DNA of 47,373 nucleotides from Eubacteriales bacterium. GTDB lineage: Bacteria > Bacillota > Clostridia > Christensenellales > CAG-138. Both the position numbers and the translations under genes were made by a program. Positions 1-8,777 of the stretch are shown piece after piece. Location of the stretch: assembly GCA_031549625.1 (NCBI GenBank), contig JAVBPK010000014.1, positions 1 to 47,373 on the forward strand, written 5' to 3'. Below the pieces are notes generated by a model. It had not been told where the DNA came from. It searched no databases and saw only the letters and a list, made by a program, of their open reading frames with translations. The first letter of the stretch is position 1, and each line of letters opens with the position of its first letter.

Positions 1-34
1 CAAGGGGCAAAGATTGCGGCGTGTATTTGGGCAT
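1..34 (-). CDS. 5' end of a gene running off the left edge (MPKYTPQSLPL...), product unknown
   Basis: Minus-strand GGAGGG RBS (41-46) shortly before ATG (34-32); frame is open to the window edge; sigma-K-like promoter upstream. Confidence 0.55.
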   Translation of the reverse strand, partial: MPKYTPQSLPL

Positions 35-66
35 ACGATTCCCTCCGATTCTGTTGTTTAGGCTAT

Positions 67-125
67 TACATCATATGCGAAACATGGCGCATTGTGCACG
101 ATAAGTGCTTTGCGCGCATATAGTA
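67..125. promoter_or_regulatory. Divergent sigma-K(/E)-like sporulation promoters sharing a GTGCAC palindrome
   Basis: + strand: AC(98-99)-N17-CATATAGTA(117-125); - strand: AC(95-94)-N16-CATATGATG(77-69); compare sigma-K consensus AC-N16/17-CATANNNT. Confidence 0.5.
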
Positions 126-158
126 TTTGGACTCTAAATAATGAAAAGGGGCGTTGCT

Positions 159-449
159 ATGCAAAGGGACTTGAGAAGCTTAAAGAACAATCCCCGGAAT
201 GTGGAACAAATAGCAAAGGAAATAGATCCGAATACCATGCAAAACGCGCAAGACATGGTGGCGCAGTATCAAAACAAAAGCGAGGCGGAATTAATGGAAG
301 AGCTTGCGCGGGTGACATCGCGCGAAAGCAGCGCGGGGAATCTCGACAGCGGCCGTGTAGAAAGCGTGTTAAACACGATGGCGCCCTTCCTCAGCGCGGA
401 ACAGCAGCAGCGGGCGCGCGCCATCATGAGCCAGATGCTTAAAAAGTAA
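159..449 (+). CDS. Small helical hypothetical protein (~96 aa), possibly sporulation-associated
   Basis: ORF 141..449; AAAGGGG RBS before ATG 159; helical Q/E/M-rich sequence; convergent with holA. Confidence 0.7.
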   Translation: MQRDLRSLKNNPRNVEQIAKEIDPNTMQNAQDMVAQYQNKSEAELMEELARVTSRESSAGNLDSGRVESVLNTMAPFLSAEQQQRARAIMSQMLKK

Positions 450-476
450 AGGCGCGGAAGCAGGCAAAACCGGATA

Positions 477-1442
477 TTACGCAAGATAAGTAAGCAGAGC
501 GGCGGTCAGCATGCGTTCGCCGGGGGCACGCCCGCTCACCTGCTCGTAATCCACGGAGGAAAAGGCTTGCACGGCCTCGCGCAGGCGGCCGGTATCCATG
601 CGCCTTGCGCCCCATATGGCCACGCGGGCAGGTTTGCTGTACAGGTGCAGGCGCGATTCGATGTCGCGTTCGCGCACGCCGCTGTCGAGCAGCAGGCGCG
701 CCATGAGCATGTTTTTGCATTGCCCGGTGAAAAAGTAAGCGAGGCCAAATACGCTTTCGGTATTATCCCGTAACATGGTAGCATAGGCGCGCAAAGCTTC
801 GGCGGTCTGCCCGCTGACAAAGCTGTCCATCATGCCAAAACGCTGGTAGTCTAACTGCGGCGTAACGATGGCGCAAAGGCTGTCCTCCGAAAGGGGCGCG
901 CCATTTGCGTAGTCGATGGCCTTGTTCAGCTCGTTGTGCAGCGTGTGGACTTCCGTGCCGACCATATCCACCAAAAGCGAGGCTACGCGTTTTTCCAGCT
1001 TTACGCCGCGCTTCTCGGCTCGGTCGAGCACAAAGCGCATGGCATCCTGTTCGTTGAGTGCGTCAAACAGCACGTCGCGCCCGTTCGCCTGCACGCTTTT
1101 TAGCAGCGCGGGCGGGCATTTTTTACGCATATACAGTATCAGCAATGTGGTATCTGGAAAGGGAACGCTTGTCAGCAGCGCTTTCACTTCCGCCTCGGGC
1201 ATGTCATAGCAAATCACTATGCGGCAATCGCAGAAAAAAGGAAGCGTTTCCGCCGCGGCGCGTACTATGTCGGCGGAAGGCTTGTCAAACAGTTGCACAT
1301 TAAAATCGCGGTACGTTTCGTCGCAAAGTTCCGCCGCCTGACGCGCCGCGCGTTGCTTAATATATTCTTCCGGCCCGTGAAAAAGGAAGAGGCCACAGGC
1401 CTTCTTTTGCGCGAGAAGCGAGAAAAAAGCGTTATGATCCAT
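477..1442 (-). CDS. holA: DNA polymerase III subunit delta
   Basis: FLFHGPEEYIK N-terminus, AAETLPFF, LHNELNK motifs; downstream of comEC as usual in Firmicutes. Confidence 0.92.
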   Translation of the reverse strand: MDHNAFFSLLAQKKACGLFLFHGPEEYIKQRAARQAAELCDETYRDFNVQLFDKPSADIVRAAAETLPFFCDCRIVICYDMPEAEVKALLTSVPFPDTTLLILYMRKKCPPALLKSVQANGRDVLFDALNEQDAMRFVLDRAEKRGVKLEKRVASLLVDMVGTEVHTLHNELNKAIDYANGAPLSEDSLCAIVTPQLDYQRFGMMDSFVSGQTAEALRAYATMLRDNTESVFGLAYFFTGQCKNMLMARLLLDSGVRERDIESRLHLYSKPARVAIWGARRMDTGRLREAVQAFSSVDYEQVSGRAPGERMLTAALLTYLA

Positions 1443-1518
1443 GTGTTCTCCTAACGGCCACTAAGCATCAAAGAGTAAACAATATCCGCCATTTGCGCTG
1501 CGCTTGCTGGCGTTTCAC

Positions 1519-3462
1519 TCATCGTCGCCCATATTGCATGAGTATATCATATTTCGCTTCCTGCGCATACAAACGGGCACGAAGCCTCCCGAAAGAATAA
1601 GAAAACATGATCTCGCCCGCAAGCGAGCGGTCATAGCGCAGCGTGCCGTCCACTATAAAGTCCGGGTGAACGAATAACGCGGTATCATAAAACTGTAAAT
1701 CAACGCCGGAATCGTTGCAAAACTCAACTTGCACGCGTGAAAGGGCATGATATTCCGCATAGCGCAGCACAGCTTTGCCTGCGCTGGAAGCGGGTGGCGT
1801 TGCGGCGCTCGGATTGCCCGTTTGTTGCAGGGTTCGGAAAAAGGGATCGCCCGAAAGGGAACGGCTGATAAGCAGGTGGTCGTCGCCGGACATATGCGTA
1901 TGCACAACATATCCGGGCTTTACGTCCAATACGGTGATATGCGGGGAAAGGCGTACAAGCAGCGGGGCGGCCCATACGAGCAGGGAGCAGGCGAGGCACA
2001 AAGCGGCAGCGCGCCATTTCTTTCTAAGTGCGCCGCGGCAATAAGGGGAGAGAAAGGCCAGCGCTGAAAAGTATAAAACACCGGCAAGCAGGTTGGGGGC
2101 GGGGATATGTATGGCGTCGATTGCGGCGGCAAACGAGGCGGCCGAGCGGATAAGAGTAAGGGCAAGCGAGGAAACGGTGGCAACGAGTGTCCCAAGCTGC
2201 GCACAGACCGCGTATAAGGGCAGGCTCACGATGGCGGGAAAGAGCACGAAAGCGGCCAGCGGAACGGCAAGCAAATTGGCGAACACGCCCAAAACGGGAA
2301 GCCGTCCAAAATACGCGGCGGTAACGGGCCCCGAAGCGATCTGCCCGGAAATGGGAAGGGAAAGCGCCGAAGCAAATTCGTTGGGCAGGCGTGAGAAAGC
2401 ACGCTGCAAAACAGGCTGCAAAAGCAATATGCCAAGCACCACGGAGAAGGAAAGCTGAAAGCCGACAGAAAATAGCGAAAAGGGAGAAACAAGCACGAGC
2501 AGCAAAAAGGCAAGAGCCAGGGCGGAAAGGCTGTCGTTTCGCCGGTGAACGGTACGCGCGAAAAGCAGGCAAAGCGCCATAACGCTCGCGCGCAACGTGG
2601 AAGGCGAAAGCGCGGTAAATAAGCAGTAGATAAAAAGCGCGGCGGCGATCGCACATAGCTGTGGCAGGGGCCTCGCTTTGCGAAGCAAAAACAGGAGCAT
2701 GCCGGCCAGCATGCCCACATGTAAGCCCGAAACGGCCAGCAAATGCGCAATGCCAGAAGCGCGAAAGGCAAAAAGGGCATCCTCCGGTATAAAGGAAGTA
2801 TCCCCCGCCACCATGGCGGCGGCGATAGAGCCATTTTCCAGCCCGATCATATCGATGAGCGCCTGTGTGCTCCAAGCGCGCAGGGCGAAAAGTTGTCCTA
2901 AAAAGCCGATAGGTTCTTCGCGCAGGCGTATTTGCCCAGTATCCCGCGCATAGGCCGTGCAAGTGATCCCCTGCGAAAAATAATAAAAGCGGGAGTCCAT
3001 TTGTTGGGGCGCGCGTTTACCGGCGGGTAAAGAAAGGCGCGCGGGCAGCTCGATGCGCTGTCCGTAAGCGAAGGCGGGTAATTCGCCGACGGATGGGATG
3101 GTGAGCAGCACATGGCCGTCGATGGCTTGCCCATCCTTTGCGGCATCGGAAAGCGTAAGCTGCCAGCCATATTCGGTTTCCCCGGGCATATCGCAAATTT
3201 TGCCGGAAAGCTGGCAGTGTTCGGCAGGGGCTGGCAATGCAGGGTAAGCAAGCTGTACGCGCGCGAGGCCAACAGACAGAAAAAGCAATGCGAGCGGCAG
3301 CGCAGGTATGCGCAGCGCGCGAAAGACGAGCGCCAGCAAACCTGCGCACAGTGCCACATAATACGCAAAAGGAAACAACAAAGCGCGTCCGGCAAGCACG
3401 CCTAAACCAAGCCCGAGCGCGGCAAGCGGAAGCGGGCGTGGGTAAAAAGAAAGGCGCTTCAT
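1519..3462 (-). CDS. comEC: ComEC/Rec2 competence membrane channel with a degenerate C-terminal metallo-beta-lactamase region
   Basis: FRASGIAHLLAVSGLHV, SPSTLRA, GFQLSF, NLLAVP motifs; many TM segments; comEC-holA synteny. Confidence 0.9.
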   Translation of the reverse strand: MKRLSFYPRPLPLAALGLGLGVLAGRALLFPFAYYVALCAGLLALVFRALRIPALPLALLFLSVGLARVQLAYPALPAPAEHCQLSGKICDMPGETEYGWQLTLSDAAKDGQAIDGHVLLTIPSVGELPAFAYGQRIELPARLSLPAGKRAPQQMDSRFYYFSQGITCTAYARDTGQIRLREEPIGFLGQLFALRAWSTQALIDMIGLENGSIAAAMVAGDTSFIPEDALFAFRASGIAHLLAVSGLHVGMLAGMLLFLLRKARPLPQLCAIAAALFIYCLFTALSPSTLRASVMALCLLFARTVHRRNDSLSALALAFLLLVLVSPFSLFSVGFQLSFSVVLGILLLQPVLQRAFSRLPNEFASALSLPISGQIASGPVTAAYFGRLPVLGVFANLLAVPLAAFVLFPAIVSLPLYAVCAQLGTLVATVSSLALTLIRSAASFAAAIDAIHIPAPNLLAGVLYFSALAFLSPYCRGALRKKWRAAALCLACSLLVWAAPLLVRLSPHITVLDVKPGYVVHTHMSGDDHLLISRSLSGDPFFRTLQQTGNPSAATPPASSAGKAVLRYAEYHALSRVQVEFCNDSGVDLQFYDTALFVHPDFIVDGTLRYDRSLAGEIMFSYSFGRLRARLYAQEAKYDILMQYGRR

Positions 3463-4235
3463 AAGGTGAGGGATACCATGAGCGCGCCGGAACGGGAGCG
3501 CATGGCGGTGAATGTAAAGGGGCCGGCCTGATTGGTATAGTTTTCGCCGCCTTTCAGCAGGGAATCGGCGCCCGATTCCCAGAGCAGAACGACGGAGGCG
3601 GAAACATTGCCTTTTTGGTCGAGCGCGGCCAGCGTGTCGGTCAGCACAGTGTGTATGAGATCCATCTGTGCCTGGCTTTCGCGTTCGTATTTTAATTGCT
3701 GGCCTGCCCGTATGCCCTCTTCAAAAAGGCTATCCGGTTTTCCGGTGAAGCTGGGCGGGCTGAGGGCGGGCAGTTCCAATATAAAGCCGCGCGCATAGCC
3801 TTCGCGCTCCACAAATTCCAGCATGCCGCCATACGGAGGCGGAGTGGGCAGGGCAGGCAGCCCTTCCGGCGTGGGGGTGGCGGGCGCGGGCGTGGCACCC
3901 GCGAGGCTGGTTATTTGCACGGTGCAGCGTTTGGTGCTCTCATCATATTCGCCGATGAGCAGGCCGGAGGCAGCGTAGCGGTCCAGAAGCACGATTGCGC
4001 GGACGCCCGCAGGGGTGGGCGCTGGCGTAGGGGCAAGCGGCGTCGGAGAAGAATATGGCGAGGAGCCATGCGGTGCCGGCGAAGGGGAAAGCACGGTGAT
4101 GGCGGGCGTATTGGGTTTTTGCAAGCCGATGATTACATAAATGAGCAAACAAAGCAAGGCCGACGCGCCGATAAGAACGGCTTTTTGCAGGCCTGGTGGA
4201 AATTTGTTGTTTTGTGGCGGGGCGGTTGCATTCAT
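3459..4235 (-). CDS. Membrane-anchored hypothetical protein with Pro/Thr-rich linkers
   Basis: 258-aa ORF; N-terminal TM helix; SPSPAP...PTPAPTP linker; 4-bp ATGA overlap with comEC; own sigma-A promoter. Confidence 0.75.
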   Translation of the reverse strand: MNATAPPQNNKFPPGLQKAVLIGASALLCLLIYVIIGLQKPNTPAITVLSPSPAPHGSSPYSSPTPLAPTPAPTPAGVRAIVLLDRYAASGLLIGEYDESTKRCTVQITSLAGATPAPATPTPEGLPALPTPPPYGGMLEFVEREGYARGFILELPALSPPSFTGKPDSLFEEGIRAGQQLKYERESQAQMDLIHTVLTDTLAALDQKGNVSASVVLLWESGADSLLKGGENYTNQAGPFTFTAMRSRSGALMVSLTL

Positions 4236-4330
4236 AGTCGCATCCGTTATCGGTTATCGTGCCAAACGACATGGAAGCGGGGAAATAGATGGAAACAATG
4301 CTGAACATTGTCGAAAAGCGACGTATACAT

Positions 4331-4359
4331 AGTATAGGCCAATTAGAAATGCCATGCAA
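4331..4359 (-). promoter_or_regulatory. Sigma-A promoter for the hypothetical-comEC(-holA) unit
   Basis: TTGCAT-N17-TATACT on the minus strand. Confidence 0.65.
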
Positions 4360-4423
4360 CAGTTATTCGCTGTGGAGCAGCAGCAGAGGTGGCAAACAAG
4401 CCGGGTCAATGGCTAAAGGGTGC

Positions 4424-5686
4424 CTATTCGGAAAGGCTATGTGGTATGTGCAGCTCATCCACGAGCGCCCAATTGGTAAAATCAATTTTTAAAAAATCAT
4501 CTTGGATTTTTGAATGGTTTTGATATACGGCTACGGAAAGCCGCTCGGTAGATATCAGTATGCGTTTAAACATAAGCCGACGCGCATCGTTATGCGCATC
4601 CACATATGGGTCGTTGGCCTGCTCATAGCGGTCGAATATATCCCATCCCATCACGCCGCCCGTGATATACGTGGTGCCTTGGCCGGGGGCCGCTTTGGTG
4701 TTGTGGCGCACGGTGCCGCGCATATACATATGGTCATGCCCGTCCAAATAGAGATCCACTCCCAGCCGGTCACAGCCCTCGTTGAGTAGCGGGCGATAGC
4801 GGCTGCCGTCTTTGTGTATAAGGTACGGCCCGGCGTGGCTGGCAAGTATACGCCACTTTTTCTTGGATCGCGTGAATATGCGTTCCGCCCAGTCCAGCTG
4901 CGCTTTAATAAAGGCATCGGTAAGATGGTCAGGGGAGAGTACGGTGGCGATCACCACAATGCAGGCGTCGCCGGCTTCGAACCAACCGGTGATATGTTCT
5001 ATGGATACGCCGTCGAATGTATCGGGAAAGCCGTTGTGCATGAAAAAGCGCGCGGCAAACTGTGTGTAAAACGGATCGTCCATTTTTTGCTCGTGGTTGC
5101 CGGGCATAAAAATGGCAGGGTAAGAGCGGGAATAGGGCTCCATAGCCGAAAAAAAGTCTGCCCAATCCTGATTGCAGCTGCCATGACGTATGAAATCGCC
5201 TGTAAATAAGAGCAAATCCGGCTTTTGCTGGTTGGCAAGCATGTAGCGCATCGTCGCAGGAAGCGCCTGCGTATAGGGTGATAATTTTGGCTGCAGGTCG
5301 CAAAAGCAAGCAAGGGAAACGGGAGCGCTGTCTGCGGGCAGTGCTATAAATATAGAGGGATCGGCCCAGCAAGCGCCGCCGTTTTGCGCGCTGCCGATCT
5401 CGTAAACATAGGTGGCACTTGGGCAAAGCCCGCACAGTTTTGCCTTGTGGCTGCGCAGCGGCGGATTATCCCCGTGGCGGTGCAACGCATTGTGGCCCTC
5501 AGCGTACGTCCAAGAATCTATGTCAGTCGGGCGGTAACGCACGCGCGTATCGGTAAACGGGGGTGCCGTGAGCCAGTTGAAAAAAAGCTCGTCCGTGCGC
5601 GCGCCGGCGGTTATGGTGACCTGCTCGGGGCAAAAGGGGAACACGGCGGCATTATCCGGCTTCGTTTTATTGTTGATACCCTTCAT
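4424..5686 (-). CDS. Purple-acid-phosphatase-like metallophosphoesterase (FN3-like N-domain plus calcineurin-like domain)
   Basis: Motifs CDLQ, TGDF, PGNHE, SHAGPY, GHDH; GGAGAG RBS. Confidence 0.85.
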   Translation of the reverse strand: MKGINNKTKPDNAAVFPFCPEQVTITAGARTDELFFNWLTAPPFTDTRVRYRPTDIDSWTYAEGHNALHRHGDNPPLRSHKAKLCGLCPSATYVYEIGSAQNGGACWADPSIFIALPADSAPVSLACFCDLQPKLSPYTQALPATMRYMLANQQKPDLLLFTGDFIRHGSCNQDWADFFSAMEPYSRSYPAIFMPGNHEQKMDDPFYTQFAARFFMHNGFPDTFDGVSIEHITGWFEAGDACIVVIATVLSPDHLTDAFIKAQLDWAERIFTRSKKKWRILASHAGPYLIHKDGSRYRPLLNEGCDRLGVDLYLDGHDHMYMRGTVRHNTKAAPGQGTTYITGGVMGWDIFDRYEQANDPYVDAHNDARRLMFKRILISTERLSVAVYQNHSKIQDDFLKIDFTNWALVDELHIPHSLSE

Positions 5687-5797
5687 GATCTCTCCTGCAT
5701 ATATGTTGACGGCGGCGATGGCTATGTCGCGGCCGCTGTCCGTGATACCTGCATAAACAAAAGGGCAGCAAGCCAGGCAAGGCTGCTGCGCGCAGGG

Positions 5798-5829
5798 AAA
5801 GAAAGCGGCGCAGGTGTTTCCTGCGCCGC
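5798..5829 (-). terminator. Intrinsic terminator after the foldase pair
   Basis: 10-bp stem GCGGCGCAGG/CCTGCGCCGC followed by TTTCTTT on the minus strand. Confidence 0.7.
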
Positions 5830-5836
5830 CGGTTTG

Positions 5837-7213
5837 TTATATAACGATGTCTTTTAGTACGTCAGGGAACCGTTTGACAATGCTTTCGTCCTTAGCCCAT
5901 TCTTCAAGCACCTTGGACCATTCTTCGGATTGCTTGGTGGCAAGCGTATCGGCGCGCAGGGATTCTTCGAAGTCGGCATACGGGCGTTCGCCTGCGGGTT
6001 CGTCGCCAACATACTGCACGATATACAGGCCGGTGTCGTCTTCGAGTATGCCGGTGTAGGCGCCTATGGTCAGCGCTTGAAACGCTTGCTTAACGACGTC
6101 GGGCATGTCGGCCACTTCCGTATCGTGGTACATGAGCTTGCCCTTTTCGGCGAATATGGGGTAATCGACAAAATCGGCATCCTTCGTGTATTCTTTCATA
6201 ACGGTATCAAAGCTGGTGGAAGCCTGCAATTTTGCGTAAGCTTCATCGGCGGCTTTTCTGCTGTCCGCCAGATAGGCGGTAAGCAAAGCGTCGAGTTCCG
6301 TTTTCAGCGCGGCGTGTTCGGCTTTGATTGCGTCGATGCGCGTGGTATCGTTCGGGTCGTTTTTCAGCGTAAGCTGGCCCAGTTCGGCTTCAAGCACGGC
6401 CAGCTGCCCTTCCTTTTCGGTGTAGGATGCGTCCAGCGCGCCTTCCGGCGTAATCTGGATAACCTTGATGCGCTTATAGCCGGTGGGGACTACGGTGGGG
6501 GCAGTGCCGCCGTAGCGTTCGAAATTCTCCTGCGCCTCTTTATAGCTGGTGGGGGTTTCCGCCATCGCGGCCTTGTCTTCCGCCAGCTTCGTGTCGTATG
6601 CCGCGCGCACTTCTTCGTCAGTAACGCTCACTTGGTCGTAGATGGAGTCCATCAGCTTTTCAGCGGCGTGCTGGTTTGTGAAGTAATCCTGCAGCCATGC
6701 TTTCATTTCTTCGCGGTTTAAGGATTCGTTGATATACTGCATGGTCAGCGCCTTATACTGCGCTTCTATCTCTGCTTCGAGGTTAAGCGCCGGGTCTTCC
6801 GCCACGCGTGTATCCGCTGCTGTTTTGGCGCTTTCGTATATTTCATTGTCTTCTGTTTCGACTTGGGTTGAAATCTCGGCCTTCTCTTCGTCCGTCAGGG
6901 TGGCAAAGCCAAGTTCTTTGGCCTTATAAACCTGCACTTCGTACTGGATCATGTTTTCGTAAATGGAGTCTTTCACCATTTCCAGGTCGCTCGGCGAAGA
7001 GCGCAGATCCATGCCGTACATGGAGTACATTTGGATGGTGTAGTTGAGTTCGGCCAAATATTCGGCCTTGGTGAGTTCTTTGTCGCCGATTTTAGCGATT
7101 ATTTGGGCCATGTCCTTGTCTTCGTTAACGCTCACAAGGCTGCAGCCAAGCGCGGATACTGCCATCAGGGCGCACAGCAGCGCTGCCAGCGTTATTTTTA
7201 GTGTTTTTTTCAT
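5837..7213 (-). CDS. PrsA/SurA-family peptidylprolyl isomerase-like lipoprotein
   Basis: Lipobox ALGC; SurA-like N-domain (IAKIGDKELTK); parvulin-like C-part (FDTVMKEYTKD, GAYTGILEDDTGLYIV). Confidence 0.8.
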   Translation of the reverse strand: MKKTLKITLAALLCALMAVSALGCSLVSVNEDKDMAQIIAKIGDKELTKAEYLAELNYTIQMYSMYGMDLRSSPSDLEMVKDSIYENMIQYEVQVYKAKELGFATLTDEEKAEISTQVETEDNEIYESAKTAADTRVAEDPALNLEAEIEAQYKALTMQYINESLNREEMKAWLQDYFTNQHAAEKLMDSIYDQVSVTDEEVRAAYDTKLAEDKAAMAETPTSYKEAQENFERYGGTAPTVVPTGYKRIKVIQITPEGALDASYTEKEGQLAVLEAELGQLTLKNDPNDTTRIDAIKAEHAALKTELDALLTAYLADSRKAADEAYAKLQASTSFDTVMKEYTKDADFVDYPIFAEKGKLMYHDTEVADMPDVVKQAFQALTIGAYTGILEDDTGLYIVQYVGDEPAGERPYADFEESLRADTLATKQSEEWSKVLEEWAKDESIVKRFPDVLKDIVI

Positions 7214-7290
7214 GTGTTGTTCTTCTCCTTAATAGCTCTTAATCGGCTGCATGATGCAGCGGTGGCATATATTTCCCAATGGGCATTGGG

Positions 7291-8565
7291 TTATTTCAGC
7301 TTGTCCTCGTATAAGGTGACGATGCCCTTGTCAAATGCGTCCGTGGCAAACTCGTCTTCAAGCGAAATACGCTGATTCAAGGCGATGACATTAATCAATT
7401 TGTCGCGCAGGGCATCTTTTACTTCTTCGTAGGGGCGTACGCCGGGCTCCACAAAGCTCATCAGGCGAATGATGCACACGCCTGTTTCCATTTGAATAAC
7501 TTCGGAAATATCGCCCACGTTTTGCAGCGCCAGCGCGGCTTGCAAGTAAGCGGGTTCCATGTTTTCGTCGGAGTAGCCTTCGCACACGAAGTAGGCCATC
7601 AAATGCGCGTCGTCGCTTTTTTCTTCCATTGTTTTCAGGAAATCAGCGCCGGCGGCCACTTCGTCGCGGATAACTTCCATGCTTTTTGTCAGCTCGGCAT
7701 AGCAGTTGTCGAGCACCTTTGTAAAGTTTTCCCTGGCCATATCCAAAGCAGGCTGCATACGTGTGGCCTCAGCTGATTCCGAGCCATACTGCATAACGGC
7801 GCTTTCATATTCCTGGTTCGCCTTTTCGGCAGCGTTCGCGGCGGTCGCAAGGTTTAGCTCCTGCTTTGCCGTAAATTTCAGAAAGATTCGGGCGGTCTCG
7901 CGATATCCTTCGGGCGCGTATACGATGGGGGAAACTACGTTCATGCCAAACCAGGATTTGTCGAGTTCGCAGCCATCCTGGGCGGCTTTCACGTCGCTTT
8001 CATATGCTTCTTTCAGTATTTCTTCGGTGATCTCCGTTTCGCCGACTACGATGGCCACAAGCTTGTTGATGACAAACTGATCGCGCAGCATAACGCGAAT
8101 GCGGTCGGGCGTCAGGCTGCTTTTCGCCATAAATTCTTCGTAAGCCTTTTCGGCCTTCTTCAAGCCCGCGTCATCGGTGCCGAATTGCTCTTGGTAAGCG
8201 GCGATGGACTGATTGTAAAAATCAATATATTGTTGATCGATTGTGGCTTCTTCTTCTGCGGTCAGCTCATTTAAACCGCGTACCCGAGCCTCTTCTTTAA
8301 GCGCCGTAACACCAACAAGGTCGTTAAGCCGCATTTTTTTATATTCTTCCAATTGTGTTTTATTTTCGGGCTTTGTTAAGTCTGTACCGGAATATTGCGT
8401 ATACAGCTCCAATTGTTTTACAAAATTAGACTGGTAAAACCAGCGGTAAATGGGTGTTTCTCCCACCATTCCCAAAACTTCATCGGGGTTTGCCGCACAG
8501 CCCGCCAGCGACGGCAAAAGCATCGCCATGGCCAGCAACGCAGCGAGCAGTTTTTTTCTTTTCAT
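7291..8565 (-). CDS. Second PrsA/SurA-family foldase-like lipoprotein
   Basis: Lipobox LAGC; GADF..MEEKSDD and VGDISEVIQMETGVCII parvulin-like motifs; RPYEEVKD. Confidence 0.8.
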   Translation of the reverse strand: MKRKKLLAALLAMAMLLPSLAGCAANPDEVLGMVGETPIYRWFYQSNFVKQLELYTQYSGTDLTKPENKTQLEEYKKMRLNDLVGVTALKEEARVRGLNELTAEEEATIDQQYIDFYNQSIAAYQEQFGTDDAGLKKAEKAYEEFMAKSSLTPDRIRVMLRDQFVINKLVAIVVGETEITEEILKEAYESDVKAAQDGCELDKSWFGMNVVSPIVYAPEGYRETARIFLKFTAKQELNLATAANAAEKANQEYESAVMQYGSESAEATRMQPALDMARENFTKVLDNCYAELTKSMEVIRDEVAAGADFLKTMEEKSDDAHLMAYFVCEGYSDENMEPAYLQAALALQNVGDISEVIQMETGVCIIRLMSFVEPGVRPYEEVKDALRDKLINVIALNQRISLEDEFATDAFDKGIVTLYEDKLK

Positions 8566-8626
8566 ATCCGTTCCCTCGATTCGAAATCCAAGTATTTTAA
8601 GTCATTTTGCCTGAAAGGCCTTGTCC

Positions 8627-8655
8627 ATTATACCTATTTCACGCGGCGTATGCAA
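8627..8655 (-). promoter_or_regulatory. Sigma-A promoter for the foldase pair
   Basis: TTGCAT-N17-TATAAT on the minus strand. Confidence 0.75.
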
Positions 8656-8777
8656 CGCAAAATCGTAAACAATTGTGGCATCTTGCGGCAAATTTTTGAC
8701 ATATGCCATATTCGTGCGCTATGTGTTAAAATGGGTGAAGGCAAATGAATGTTTGGATATGTGCTGAAGGTGAGTAA

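Noticed and set aside
2024-2962. Long alternate-frame and antisense ORFs (also 41206..42231, 11677..12564, 33231..33989, 39016..39915)
   Set aside because: Shadow ORFs of GC-rich genes, either Arg/Ala/Cys-rich or antisense mirrors, with no family motifs
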